Origin: Acidobacteriota bacterium | GTDB lineage: Bacteria > Acidobacteriota > Polarisedimenticolia > Gp22-AA2 | DNA length: 64,000 bases | NCBI GenBank assembly: GCA_003223135.1 | Contig: QHXX01000018.1 | Span: 65,904 to 129,903 of the forward strand | Direction of reading: 5' to 3' | Shown: positions 47,680-57,076 of the stretch, one piece after another | Layout: every line of letters begins with the position of its first letter | How positions within the stretch are numbered: the stretch's first letter is position 1 | Notes under the pieces: model-generated | What the model saw: the letters and a program-made list of their open reading frames with translations, nothing else | The model's database searches: none | Told to the model about the DNA's origin: nothing | Position numbers and translations under genes: made by a program

Positions 47680-49503
47680 ATGGGGAACCTCGACCTGGGG
47701 ATCGTCGGCAATTGCCAATTCAGCGGCCTCATCGACCGCCAAGCGTCGGTCGTTTGGTGCTGCCTGCCCCGTTTCGACGCTTCCCCCGTGTTCGCGTCAC
47801 TGCTCGACGCCGACAAGGGGGGCGCGTTCTCCGTACAGCCGGCACGGTCGTTCACCACGACGCAGGAATACGTGAGGAACACCTGCGTCCTGGTGACGAA
47901 GTTCGAGGTGGAGGACGGCACCGCGTTCGACGTGATCGATTTCGCCCCCCGCTTCTTGAAATTCGACCGTTACTTCAGGCCGCCGTGCCTCGTCCGCATC
48001 CTGAAGCCGACACGGGGGACCCCCCGGGTCGCCGTGCGCTGCGAGCCGACCACCGATTACGGGCGCGCGCGCGCGCAACCGACGACCGGGAGCAACCACA
48101 TCGCATATCTGGGATACGACCAGGAACTGCGGCTCACGTGCGATACCGGGCTCACGCACATCCTCGACAGAACTCCTTTCCTGCTCGATGAGACCCGCTA
48201 CCTCATCCTCACCTACGGCAAGCCCCCCGAGGGGCCTATCAAAATCCTCGCCGAAGAATTCCTGGAGCGGACGATCGCCTATTGGCGCACCTGGTGCAAG
48301 CACTGCACCATCCCCTTCGATTTCCAGGACGAGGTCCTGCGGTCGGCGCTGACGCTCAAGCTCCATATCTTCGAGGACACCGGGGCGGTGATCGCCGCCA
48401 CCACGACGTCGATCCCGGAGGCGCCGGGGAGCGGGCGCACCTGGGATTACCGCTACTGCTGGCTGCGCGACGCCTACTTCGTCATCGGCGCTCTCAACCG
48501 CCTCGGCCATTTCGAGGAGATGGAGAAGTTCATCACCTTTCTGAGAAACATCACGCGGGACACGCCCGACTCGGCCCTCCAGCCGGTGTACGGGATCGGC
48601 GGCGAGCGCGTCCTGGAGGAGCGTGAGATCCCCTGGCTGTCCGGCTTCCTCGGCGAGAAACCCGTCCGGGTCGGGAACAGCGCCTACGCGCACCGCCAGC
48701 ACGACGTGTACGGCGAGCTCGTCCTGAGCGTCCTGCCGTTCTTCTTCGACCGTCGGATCGTGGATTCTGACCCGGAGGGTCACTTCGCGGTCGTGGAGCG
48801 TCTGGTGGGACGGGCGGACGACCTGTTCGCGAAGCCGGACGCGGGAATCTGGGAATTCCGCTCGGAGGAGCGGCTGCACGTTTTTTCCAGCCTGATGTGC
48901 TGGGCGGCGATGCACTATGGGGAGCGGATCGCCCGGCACCTCGGCAAGACGAAGATGGCCGACGTCTGGCGGGGACGCGCCGGACAGATGCGCTCGATCC
49001 TCGATCGGGAGGGGTGGAATGAGTCCCTCGGCTGCTTCGCGATGACCTTCCGCGGGAACCAGCCGGACGCCAGCAATCTCCTGATGGCCATGGTGGATTA
49101 CCTGCAGCCCGACGATCCGCGGCTCGAGAGGATGCTGGCCTATTACGAGAAGACCCTCAAGGAAGGAGACTTCGTCTTCCGCTACCGCTCCCCGGACGAC
49201 TTCGGCCGTCCGAAGACCGCCTTTCTCATTTGTACCTTCTGGTTCATCGAAGCGCTGGTGTTTGCCGGCCGCATCGCCGAAGCGCGCGACATCTTCCGGA
49301 GAGTGATCGCCCGCGCCAACCACCTCGGTCTGCTCTCCGAGGACATCGACCCCGCGACGGGTGAGCTCTGGGGCAATTTCCCGCAGACCTACTCCCACGT
49401 CGGGCTCATCACCTCGGCGAGCCTGTTCGGGCGCGAGGGGAGCGATCCCTTCTATCCCGGGCTGTTTTTGCGCGGGAAAGCGGTCCGTTCGCGGCGCACC
49501 TGA
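47680..49503 (+). CDS. Glycoside hydrolase family 15 (glucoamylase/trehalase-like)
   Basis: N-terminal beta-sandwich (GIVGNCQFSGLID), GH15 (alpha/alpha)6 motifs (DYRYCWLRDAYF; GIWEFRSEE; LICTFWFIEAL). Confidence 0.8.
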   Translation: MGNLDLGIVGNCQFSGLIDRQASVVWCCLPRFDASPVFASLLDADKGGAFSVQPARSFTTTQEYVRNTCVLVTKFEVEDGTAFDVIDFAPRFLKFDRYFRPPCLVRILKPTRGTPRVAVRCEPTTDYGRARAQPTTGSNHIAYLGYDQELRLTCDTGLTHILDRTPFLLDETRYLILTYGKPPEGPIKILAEEFLERTIAYWRTWCKHCTIPFDFQDEVLRSALTLKLHIFEDTGAVIAATTTSIPEAPGSGRTWDYRYCWLRDAYFVIGALNRLGHFEEMEKFITFLRNITRDTPDSALQPVYGIGGERVLEEREIPWLSGFLGEKPVRVGNSAYAHRQHDVYGELVLSVLPFFFDRRIVDSDPEGHFAVVERLVGRADDLFAKPDAGIWEFRSEERLHVFSSLMCWAAMHYGERIARHLGKTKMADVWRGRAGQMRSILDREGWNESLGCFAMTFRGNQPDASNLLMAMVDYLQPDDPRLERMLAYYEKTLKEGDFVFRYRSPDDFGRPKTAFLICTFWFIEALVFAGRIAEARDIFRRVIARANHLGLLSEDIDPATGELWGNFPQTYSHVGLITSASLFGREGSDPFYPGLFLRGKAVRSRRT

Positions 49504-49510
49504 GAGCCGG

Positions 49511-50503
49511 TCAGTCCCGGATGACGTATCGCTCGACCAGCGGGTAAACAAGGTGGTAACCGGGGCTGCGGATGAGCGTCCTCTTGATGTATCCAATGGT
49601 GCGCGGAACGTATTCCAGGTACTCGGAGCGGCCACGCTGGCTGGCCATGTAGCCGAAGGTGCCGAGGTCCTTGAGATTTCGCTGCAGAGCCGCAAGGTCG
49701 AAGTCGCGCCGGAACTCTTCGGGCTCCGCACCGAGAGCGCGGCAGAGACGGTCGAGCATCTCTTCGGCCATCTTCGGGTCCAGGTCGAGCGACGAGTCGC
49801 GAAGAAGCGATGCGGCGTCGTACGTGTAGGGGCCCATGCGGGCGTCCTGGAAATCGATGAGACGGAGGCGGCCGCGCTCGACCATCAGGTTGCGCGATTG
49901 GAAGTCGCGGTGGCAATAGACGCGTGGGAGCCGGTTGCACTCCTCGGCCAGGTCGGCGTAAAAGGCATGCAGCATCGCATCGTCCACGGGGCCCGGGGTC
50001 ATCTGGCGGTGCCCGATGATGAAGTGCCGATGAAAATGATCGAGCTCGAAGAGGAAGCGCTCGCGGTCGAGGGCGCAGGTGGCGGCGAAATCACCCGGTC
50101 GGAGGGCGGCTGCCCCCTTCCTGTGCAGCCGGACGATCAGGTCGCAGGCTTGGCGGTAAAGCCGGGCCGCCTCATCGAGGCGCCGGTCAGACGCCGTGTT
50201 CAACAGATGCTTCTGTAGGGTGGCGTCCCCCAGATCTTCGGTGAGAACCAGGCCATGGGCCGGGTCGGAAGCGAGGATGCGGGGCACCGCGACGCCGATC
50301 GACTCGAGCACCCGGTGATTGCTGAACAGGGGTGCTGCGGAACCGAGCGGCTCGGAATGGATGATCAGGACGGCCGTCTTCGCGCCCGTGGTGACCCGAT
50401 AAAACCTTCTGGTGGAGGCATCGCCGGCAATTTCGTTGAGTTGGACACGGTGACCGAGAGCCTTCTCGAGAAAGGCCAGGACAGGGGCGTCGATCAGGGT
50501 CAT
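49511..50503 (-). CDS. Aminoglycoside-phosphotransferase-fold sugar kinase, AmgK-like (anomeric MurNAc/GlcNAc kinase family)
   Basis: GDASTRRFYRV N-lobe motif (like AmgK GDASFRRYFR), catalytic HRDFQSRNLMV, IDFQDARMGPYTYD. Confidence 0.6.
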   Translation of the reverse strand: MTLIDAPVLAFLEKALGHRVQLNEIAGDASTRRFYRVTTGAKTAVLIIHSEPLGSAAPLFSNHRVLESIGVAVPRILASDPAHGLVLTEDLGDATLQKHLLNTASDRRLDEAARLYRQACDLIVRLHRKGAAALRPGDFAATCALDRERFLFELDHFHRHFIIGHRQMTPGPVDDAMLHAFYADLAEECNRLPRVYCHRDFQSRNLMVERGRLRLIDFQDARMGPYTYDAASLLRDSSLDLDPKMAEEMLDRLCRALGAEPEEFRRDFDLAALQRNLKDLGTFGYMASQRGRSEYLEYVPRTIGYIKRTLIRSPGYHLVYPLVERYVIRD

Positions 50504-50573
50504 GGCCTGATCAGGGCCCACGACGACCCGCTCCTTGCGGGCATCCGGCCGTACGGCGGCTTGTTCAGGCTCC

Positions 50574-51668
50574 TCACAGGTTGATCATCCAGCAACTTCC
50601 CAGACGCTCCATCTTATGCTTCTTCCCCTGGTACCCTTCGGCTCGGAGAAAGATTTTGTTCGTCAGGCTGACGGCCGGCGGCACATAGACGCCCGAGGTG
50701 ACGATGCACTCCGACAGCCTGGATCCGTCGCCGATCCGCGCCCCGTCCCAGACGAGCGTCGAACGCAGGGAGCACGCTTTGCCTATGATCACCTGACGCC
50801 CGACGGCGACACCGGCCAGAAAGGCGCTTCCCGGGCCGATGCTCGCGCCGCGGCCCACGAATGCCGGAGGTTCGATCGCGACATCCTTAGGAGTGGCGAC
50901 GCGGTCCAGGTAGATACCCTCCGAGCTCCTCAGAGCCTCGAGTGAAGCATCCTTGCCGGCGCGCAGCACCGCGAGAGCCCCCTCAAGATACAGGCGGGGA
51001 TTGCCCAGCTCCCTCCAGAGGCCGGTGTGGACCTGTCCGCTGATCTTTCTGCCGGCGGCGATCAGCTTGGGATAGATGTCACTGTTGATCTCGGACCTTC
51101 CTGGTGGAATCGAGTCGAAGATTTCCGGTTCAAAAACATGGATGCCGGCGAAGCTGAAGCGCCCGATCCGCGCGTCGGAAGCGCCGGGAGGGTTGCCGGC
51201 GATCCGGATGATGCGATCACGCTCGTCCATCTCGACCGTGCTGTAGTCGGCCTTCGGATCCTGCGGCGTGAGGACCATGGTTGCGAGCGCCCCGGACTCG
51301 GAATGCTTCCTCAGGACCGCAGCGAGGTCGCAGTCGCTGATGCTGTCGCTGTTGACCATGAAGAACGGGCCGGAGCCCTTCAGGAATGATTCTGCCTTCT
51401 TCAGCCCGCCCGCGGTTCCCAGAATGACCGGCTCCTCGGTGTAGTGCACCTTGAGGCCGTGTTTCCGGCCGTCTCCGACCAGGCCCCTGATCGATTCCGG
51501 CTGGTAGTGCAGGTTGATCACGGCCTCCTTCACGCCATGACGGGCCAGGTGCTCGAGGGTATGGGCGATGAGCGGGCGATTGATCAGCGGCAGGGACGGC
51601 TTGGCCCGCTCTTCGGTCAGAGGCCACATCCGTTCGCCGAGACCGGCGGCCAGGACCATCGCCTTCAT
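50574..51668 (-). CDS. Sugar-1-phosphate nucleotidyltransferase with C-terminal left-handed beta-helix (MurU/GlmU-like)
   Basis: MKAMVLAAGLGERMWPLT...KPSLPL NTP-transferase motif; C-terminal hexapeptide repeats (GDGSRLSECIVTSGVYV). Confidence 0.7.
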   Translation of the reverse strand: MKAMVLAAGLGERMWPLTEERAKPSLPLINRPLIAHTLEHLARHGVKEAVINLHYQPESIRGLVGDGRKHGLKVHYTEEPVILGTAGGLKKAESFLKGSGPFFMVNSDSISDCDLAAVLRKHSESGALATMVLTPQDPKADYSTVEMDERDRIIRIAGNPPGASDARIGRFSFAGIHVFEPEIFDSIPPGRSEINSDIYPKLIAAGRKISGQVHTGLWRELGNPRLYLEGALAVLRAGKDASLEALRSSEGIYLDRVATPKDVAIEPPAFVGRGASIGPGSAFLAGVAVGRQVIIGKACSLRSTLVWDGARIGDGSRLSECIVTSGVYVPPAVSLTNKIFLRAEGYQGKKHKMERLGSCWMINL

Positions 51669-51848
51669 GATGCTATTGCGCCATACGTCGGCGGAGCGAC
51701 ATGTCTTGAAAGCCGCTCCGGACGGGCCTGTGGAAAACTCGGGTATGGAGAATTGCGCTGATCAGGCACGGGGTGCTCATGCGATAAAGACAAAACATCA
51801 CCGCAGAGAATGTCCGCCACCATTGATCAAATACCCTATTGGCATGAT

Positions 51849-52406
51849 CTAAGGGGCCTCGAAAAGCATGTCCTTCAGCGGCAGGCCGCGAAGCTTCAGG
51901 TACTCCTGGTAGAGGGCCAGGTAACTCTTGGCGATGTAGTCCGATGCTTTGTAGCCAAGCTGCGTCGCGACCTCGTCGATCAGGGGTTTCGGTCCTTCCA
52001 GCTCGAGGAAAACCCCTATCGGCGTCTCGTCCACCGTGATGATCAGCCCGGAGTAATGGTAGACAGCGCGGTACTTCTGGTAGCGGAACAGCGGACGCAT
52101 TCCGAGCCTGGAAAGAATGGTGGCCATTGTCTCGCCCGAAGAGATGACCACCTCCATCTCGTCCCGGACCTTGGCGCCGCCCTCGACCCGCGGCGCCTCC
52201 TTATAGGTGAGGGTTGACTCCCGTTTCAGGATGCGCACGCGCAGCATCGACTGGTTCATCTTCAGCGAGAAGCTCGGAAAGTCGTAGAGCTGGTTGTCCT
52301 CGAACTCCCTGGAGTGAACTTCCGCAGCCCCGATCTGCCGCAGCAGGGCAGGAACGGTCGCCGGATCCTCGACGCGCAGCTTCACCTCGACTTCGGTCTT
52401 CTTCAT
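51849..52406 (-). CDS. CYTH-domain protein (class IV adenylate cyclase / triphosphatase fold)
   Basis: Start MKKTEVEVKLRV (characteristic ExExK of the CYTH fold), ...LRVRILKRESTLTYKEAP...; the ORF's N-terminal extension is rejected. Confidence 0.6.
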   Translation of the reverse strand: MKKTEVEVKLRVEDPATVPALLRQIGAAEVHSREFEDNQLYDFPSFSLKMNQSMLRVRILKRESTLTYKEAPRVEGGAKVRDEMEVVISSGETMATILSRLGMRPLFRYQKYRAVYHYSGLIITVDETPIGVFLELEGPKPLIDEVATQLGYKASDYIAKSYLALYQEYLKLRGLPLKDMLFEAP

Positions 52407-52454
52407 CCATGCACCGCCCGGCAAACGCTCGCGTACCTTATCATAGGCATCCTC

Positions 52455-52724
52455 ATGGGAAAGACCACCAAGGCCACCCTGGTGTTCCTGGTCCTGTTCA
52501 TCGGAGGCGTGGTCTACCTCAGCACGCGGATCGCCCGCTCTACGTGCCGAGTCTGCGTGACTTATGACGGACACACGATCTGCCGCACCGCCGCCTCCGG
52601 AACCCGCAAGGCGGCGGTCGAAAGCGCCGTCACCAGCGCCTGCAGCGGTCTGGCCTCGGGAATGACCGAATCGATCAAGTGCGAGAACACGCCCCCCGAC
52701 AGCGTCGAGTGCGCAGAAGATTAG
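52455..52724 (+). CDS. Small signal-anchored cysteine-rich hypothetical protein
   Basis: MGKTTKATLVFLVLFIGGVVYL TM, then six Cys in CRVCVTYDGHTICRT...ACSG...IKCENTPPDSVEC. Confidence 0.3.
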   Translation: MGKTTKATLVFLVLFIGGVVYLSTRIARSTCRVCVTYDGHTICRTAASGTRKAAVESAVTSACSGLASGMTESIKCENTPPDSVECAED

Positions 52725-52746
52725 CCGGGGGACCCCGGACAGGTTC

Positions 52747-53718
52747 CTAGCGCGCCGTGGCGAGGGAGCGCTGGTCGACGTGCGTCCGGTTGCGGCCGGC
52801 CCCCTTGGCGCGATAGAGGGCGTCGTCGGCGGCCTTGACCAGGTCCTCGGGACGCTGGATCCGGTCGTTCAAGGGGAAGGTCGCCACGCCTGATGACACG
52901 GTGATCCGGATGACCGGCTCGGGGGCATCGGCGCCATGGAAGCGGTGGGCCTCGGTGACCCGACGGATCCGCTCGGCAAGACGCTGGCCGTGCACGGCGC
53001 TGGTCTGGGGAAGCAGGGCGACGAACTCCTCCCCGCCGTAGCGGGCGATGATGTCGGTCTCACGCGACGAGCGCACCATGATCTCGCCGAACTCCCTCAA
53101 GACGTTATCGCCCGCAGGATGGCCGTAGCGGTCGTTGACCTCCTTGAAGTGGTCGATGTCGAACACCGCGAGCGTGAGTCGGTTTGAATAGCGCCGCGCC
53201 CGCTTGAACTCGTCGGTCAGACGCTCGATGAAGTAGCGGTAATTGTAAAGACCGGTCTTCTCGTCGAACTGGATAAGGCGAGCCATCCGCTCGTTGGCCC
53301 GACGCAACTCCTCGTTGGCCTGCTCCAGCGCCCTGAACACCTCGCGCTTCTTCAACATGGTACGGACGCGCGTTTCGACCTCCTCGTACTGGAACGGCTT
53401 CATGATGAGGTCGTCGGCGCCGGTGTCGTCGAAGATCGCGGCGCGCCGCGTGTCCTCGCGGCCGGTGAGGATGATGACGGGGACGGTGGGATCGCCTCTT
53501 TTGAGCTCGCGCGCCACGCTCAGCCCGTCGACTTGGGGCATGACCTTGTCGACCAGGATCAGGTCGGGAGGATCCTGGCGGGCGATGTCCAGCGCCTCGC
53601 GACCGTCCCGCGCGCAGCGTACATAGTAATCCTGGGCCGACAGCCACTCGCGCAGCAGGCCGAGGTTGTCTTCCCTGTCGTCGGCGATCAGGATCTTGTA
53701 ATGGTTGCCGTCGGGCAT
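52747..53718 (-). CDS. Response regulator-diguanylate cyclase (REC-GGDEF, PleD/WspR-like)
   Basis: REC (ILIADDREDN; LILVDKVMPQVDG), GGDEF with active-site RYGGEEFVALLP and I-site RETD. Confidence 0.85.
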   Translation of the reverse strand: MPDGNHYKILIADDREDNLGLLREWLSAQDYYVRCARDGREALDIARQDPPDLILVDKVMPQVDGLSVARELKRGDPTVPVIILTGREDTRRAAIFDDTGADDLIMKPFQYEEVETRVRTMLKKREVFRALEQANEELRRANERMARLIQFDEKTGLYNYRYFIERLTDEFKRARRYSNRLTLAVFDIDHFKEVNDRYGHPAGDNVLREFGEIMVRSSRETDIIARYGGEEFVALLPQTSAVHGQRLAERIRRVTEAHRFHGADAPEPVIRITVSSGVATFPLNDRIQRPEDLVKAADDALYRAKGAGRNRTHVDQRSLATAR

Positions 53719-53719
53719 C

Positions 53720-54970
53720 TCAATCCATCTGCTTCCTCAGATATGTCGGCACGTCGAGCTCGTCCTGGAGGGAGGCGTACCCCAGGCTGGCGGAGACCTC
53801 GGCTGTCCGCGCCGGCTGCGGCACGGGCCCGCGGCGCAGGAAGGTCGGCGAGTCGAAGTCGCGCGCCGGACGGGCCGCCACCGCCGCGACGTCGGCCGCA
53901 GCCGGACGCTGGCCGAAGCCGCGCTGGGCCGCCGCGGCGGCCGCGGCGACGTGGGCCTCGGCGGCCTGCTTGCCGTCGCGGTTGAAGCCGGTCGCGATCA
54001 CGGTGATCTTGACGTCTTCCGTCATCGCCTTGTCGATCACCGTCCCGAAGATGATGTTCGCCTCCGGGTCGGCGGTGCGCTGCACCAGGCTCGAGGCCTC
54101 GGCCACCTCGTGCAGGGTCATGTCGGTCCCGCCGGTGATGTTGATCAGGATGCCGCGGGCCCCGTCGATGGTCGCGTCCTCCAGGAGCGGCGAAGAGATG
54201 GCGCGCTGCGCCGCCTCGATGGCGCGGTTGGGCCCCGAGGCCACGCCCGTCCCCATGAGCGCCATTCCCATGCCGCTCATGATCGTCTTGACGTCGGCGA
54301 AATCGAGATTGATCTCTCCCGGAATGGTGATGAGATCCGAGATCCCCTGAACCGCCTGGCGCAGGACGTCGTCCGCGAAGAGAAACGCGGCGCCCAGCGG
54401 CATCGCCTTGTCCACGGAATTGAGAAGCTTCTCGTTGGGAATGCAGATGACCGTGTCGACGGCTTCCTGCAGTTCCCTGAGGCCCTGCTCCGCCTGATCG
54501 CGACGTTTTTTTCCCTCGAAGCCGAACGGCTTGGTGACCACGGCGACGACGAGGGCGCCGAGCTCCGAAGCAAGACTGGCGATGATCGGCACGGCGCCCG
54601 TGCCGGTGCCGCCGCCCAACCCGGAGGTGATGAACACCATGTCGGCCCCCTGAAGGGCCTCGATGATCTTCTCGGAGTCCTCCAGTGCCGCCTGGCGGCC
54701 GATGTCGGGGTTGCTGCCGGCCCCCAGCCCCTTCGTCAGCTTGGCGCCGATCTGGATCTTGAGCGGTGCCCGAGACCCCTTGAGGGCCTGGCAGTCGGTG
54801 TTGGCCACCATGAACTCCACCCCCTGCAGGTTGGTGGAGATCATCCGGTTCACCGCGTTGCTGCCGCCTCCGCCGACGCCAATCACCTTGATGTTGGCGC
54901 CGACCGCCTTGTTCTCGTCGAAGGACAACCTCAACGCGGCCTTCGAGTCCTTCTCTTCCATCAGGATCAT
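53720..54970 (-). CDS. ftsZ: Cell division GTPase FtsZ
   Basis: Tubulin signature [14 protein letters not shown]7 loop NIDFADV, Ala/Pro-rich C-terminal linker; start MILMEE at 54970. Confidence 0.9.
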   Translation of the reverse strand: MILMEEKDSKAALRLSFDENKAVGANIKVIGVGGGGSNAVNRMISTNLQGVEFMVANTDCQALKGSRAPLKIQIGAKLTKGLGAGSNPDIGRQAALEDSEKIIEALQGADMVFITSGLGGGTGTGAVPIIASLASELGALVVAVVTKPFGFEGKKRRDQAEQGLRELQEAVDTVICIPNEKLLNSVDKAMPLGAAFLFADDVLRQAVQGISDLITIPGEINLDFADVKTIMSGMGMALMGTGVASGPNRAIEAAQRAISSPLLEDATIDGARGILINITGGTDMTLHEVAEASSLVQRTADPEANIIFGTVIDKAMTEDVKITVIATGFNRDGKQAAEAHVAAAAAAAQRGFGQRPAAADVAAVAARPARDFDSPTFLRRGPVPQPARTAEVSASLGYASLQDELDVPTYLRKQMD

Positions 54971-54981
54971 GCGTGTCTCCT

Positions 54982-56217
54982 CTAAAAGAGTTCGCTCAGC
55001 CAGCCTTTCACCATGTCGCCCATGCGGGCCAGGAGGAAGGGATGGTGCGGTTTCAGCGGCATGCTCTCGCGGCGCCGCGCGCCGTAAAGGGTCAGCCCCA
55101 CGACCGTGCTGTGCTGCGGTGTCGCGGCGGCATCGGCGAGCCCCCCGAGACCGGCGGGCGAGCCCCGGCGCACCGGCACGTTCAGGCAGCGCTCGGCCAT
55201 CTCCTGGATCCCCTCGAGCATCGACCCGCCGCCGGTCAGGACGACACCGGCGTGGAGGGTGCGGTCGAAGGCGCTGCGCACGAACTCCTCGGCGATCAGG
55301 GCGAAGATCTCCTCGACCCGGGGCTGGATGATCTCGCACAGGAGCGTACGCGACAGGACGCGCGGCTTGCGTCCGCCGACCGTCGGCACCTCGATGGTGT
55401 CCTCCTCGCCGACGAGCGAGGCCAGGGCGCAGCCGTGCTTCCGCTTGATCCTCTCGGCTTCAGGAATCGGAGTGCGCAGACCGACGGCGATGTCGTTCGT
55501 GACGTGCTCTCCACCCGTGGGCAGCGCCGCGATGTGCCTGATGGCGCCACGCTCGAAGATGACCAGATCGCTCGTCCCGGCGCCGATGTCGATGAGGGCG
55601 ATCCCCATCTCCTTCTCGTCGGGGCTCAGGACCGCGTCGGCGGCCGCGAGCTGCTCGAGGACGACCTCCTCGACCTCGACGCCGGCGCGGTTGACGCTGT
55701 TGACCAGGTTCTGCGCCGCGGTCACGGAGGCGGTGACGATGTGCACGTTCGCCTGCAGCTTCGAGCCGGTCATGCCGACCGGGTCGTGAATGCCGTCCTG
55801 GTCGTCCACCATGAATTCCTGCGGAAGGACGTGGAAGATCTCGCGCTCCGGCGGGATGTTCACCGCACGCGCCGCGGCCAGGACGCGGTGCACGTCGTCA
55901 CGCGTCACCTCGTGATCGCGCCCGGAGATGGCGACCACGCCGCGGCTGTTCAGGCCCCGCACGTGCGCGCCGGCGACACCGACGAAGGCGCGGTCGGCAG
56001 AGCAGCCGGCCATCAGCTCCGCCTCCTCCACCGCCAGCTTGATCGAGGCGACGCAGGCGTCGAGATTGACCACGACCCCCTTGCGCATGCCACGCGACGG
56101 GGCCGACCCAAAGCCGATGATGTCGATCACGCCTGCGTCCCTGGGCTCGGCGATCAGGACGCACACCTTGGTCTGACCGATGTCGAGTCCCACGATGTGG
56201 GTGCCGGGTCGCGGCAT
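54982..56217 (-). CDS. ftsA: Cell division protein FtsA
   Basis: Actin-fold motifs [38 protein letters not shown]. Confidence 0.9.
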   Translation of the reverse strand: MPRPGTHIVGLDIGQTKVCVLIAEPRDAGVIDIIGFGSAPSRGMRKGVVVNLDACVASIKLAVEEAELMAGCSADRAFVGVAGAHVRGLNSRGVVAISGRDHEVTRDDVHRVLAAARAVNIPPEREIFHVLPQEFMVDDQDGIHDPVGMTGSKLQANVHIVTASVTAAQNLVNSVNRAGVEVEEVVLEQLAAADAVLSPDEKEMGIALIDIGAGTSDLVIFERGAIRHIAALPTGGEHVTNDIAVGLRTPIPEAERIKRKHGCALASLVGEEDTIEVPTVGGRKPRVLSRTLLCEIIQPRVEEIFALIAEEFVRSAFDRTLHAGVVLTGGGSMLEGIQEMAERCLNVPVRRGSPAGLGGLADAAATPQHSTVVGLTLYGARRRESMPLKPHHPFLLARMGDMVKGWLSELF

Positions 56218-56218
56218 C

Positions 56219-57076
56219 TCAGTCTCCCTTCATTCCAACGAGAGGCCGGAACGCGATGCGGTCCCGGAACCTCAGATCGACGTACGCGCCGTCGCCGAAG
56301 TCGGTGGCGAGGTAGCCACGCAGCGTCAGGTAACGATCGAGATTCGTGCCGAAATCGCGCGGGTTGAGGCGCACGGCCGGCCCCCCCCGGTTCATGCGCA
56401 GCTCCAGACGGTCGTCGCGCGACAGGTCGACCTCGGAGATTTCCTTGAGAAGGTCGGGATGCGTCTCCTGCAGGAAGGCGACCAGCGAGACGCCACGCTT
56501 CATCTGCGCCCGCCCGCGCTCGCCATTCCGGTCGTCGATACCGACGAGGATCGGATAGGAATAATCCTGTGTCTGCCGGCCGTTGGGGTCGATGGCCACG
56601 CCCTCGTCATCCACCAGCCAGACGCGGTCGTGCAGCAGCGCCAGCCCCTTCGGCACACGCTCCTCGATGGCGCAGAACACGCCATCCGGCAGGACGCGTT
56701 TCACGACCGCCCGCTTCACCCAACGGCGCGCCTCGAGATCGCCCCCCAGCCGGACCGGGTCGAGCCGGAACAGGTTCCGTCCCACGTAGCGGGCGAGCGA
56801 CCGGCGCAGATCGGGCTGCGGAGCGTAGCGCGTCTCGGAGAACTCGATGCGCCGCAACCGGAAGTACCGCGAGTGCGTCAGGTAGTGCCGCGCGCCCTCG
56901 ACCGTTCCGCCGAGGATGATGGCGCCGCAGAGGGTCGCCAGGAGCACGAGCCCGCCCCGGCGCCGGCGCTTGCGGAGCGCGCCGCTCCGGTGACGGCGCA
57001 GGATGCGCAGAGGTTCGGCGTCACCGCCGGCCCGCGCGGCGTCGATGGGTCCAAAGGCCGGACGCGCGCGCTTCAT
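56219..57076 (-). CDS. ftsQ: Cell division protein FtsQ/DivIB
   Basis: N-terminal TM, POTRA domain (FRLRRIEFSETRYAPQPDL), position between murB and ftsA. Confidence 0.7.
   Translation of the reverse strand: MKRARPAFGPIDAARAGGDAEPLRILRRHRSGALRKRRRRGGLVLLATLCGAIILGGTVEGARHYLTHSRYFRLRRIEFSETRYAPQPDLRRSLARYVGRNLFRLDPVRLGGDLEARRWVKRAVVKRVLPDGVFCAIEERVPKGLALLHDRVWLVDDEGVAIDPNGRQTQDYSYPILVGIDDRNGERGRAQMKRGVSLVAFLQETHPDLLKEISEVDLSRDDRLELRMNRGGPAVRLNPRDFGTNLDRYLTLRGYLATDFGDGAYVDLRFRDRIAFRPLVGMKGD

Noticed and set aside
47797-49731. 644-aa antisense ORF opposite GH15 gene
   Set aside because: No recognisable domain. The GH15 frame is conserved along its full length.
53705-56367. Plus-strand ORFs (426 and 464 aa) opposite ftsZ/ftsA
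   Set aside because: Antisense to highly conserved FtsZ/FtsA. Low-complexity translations.
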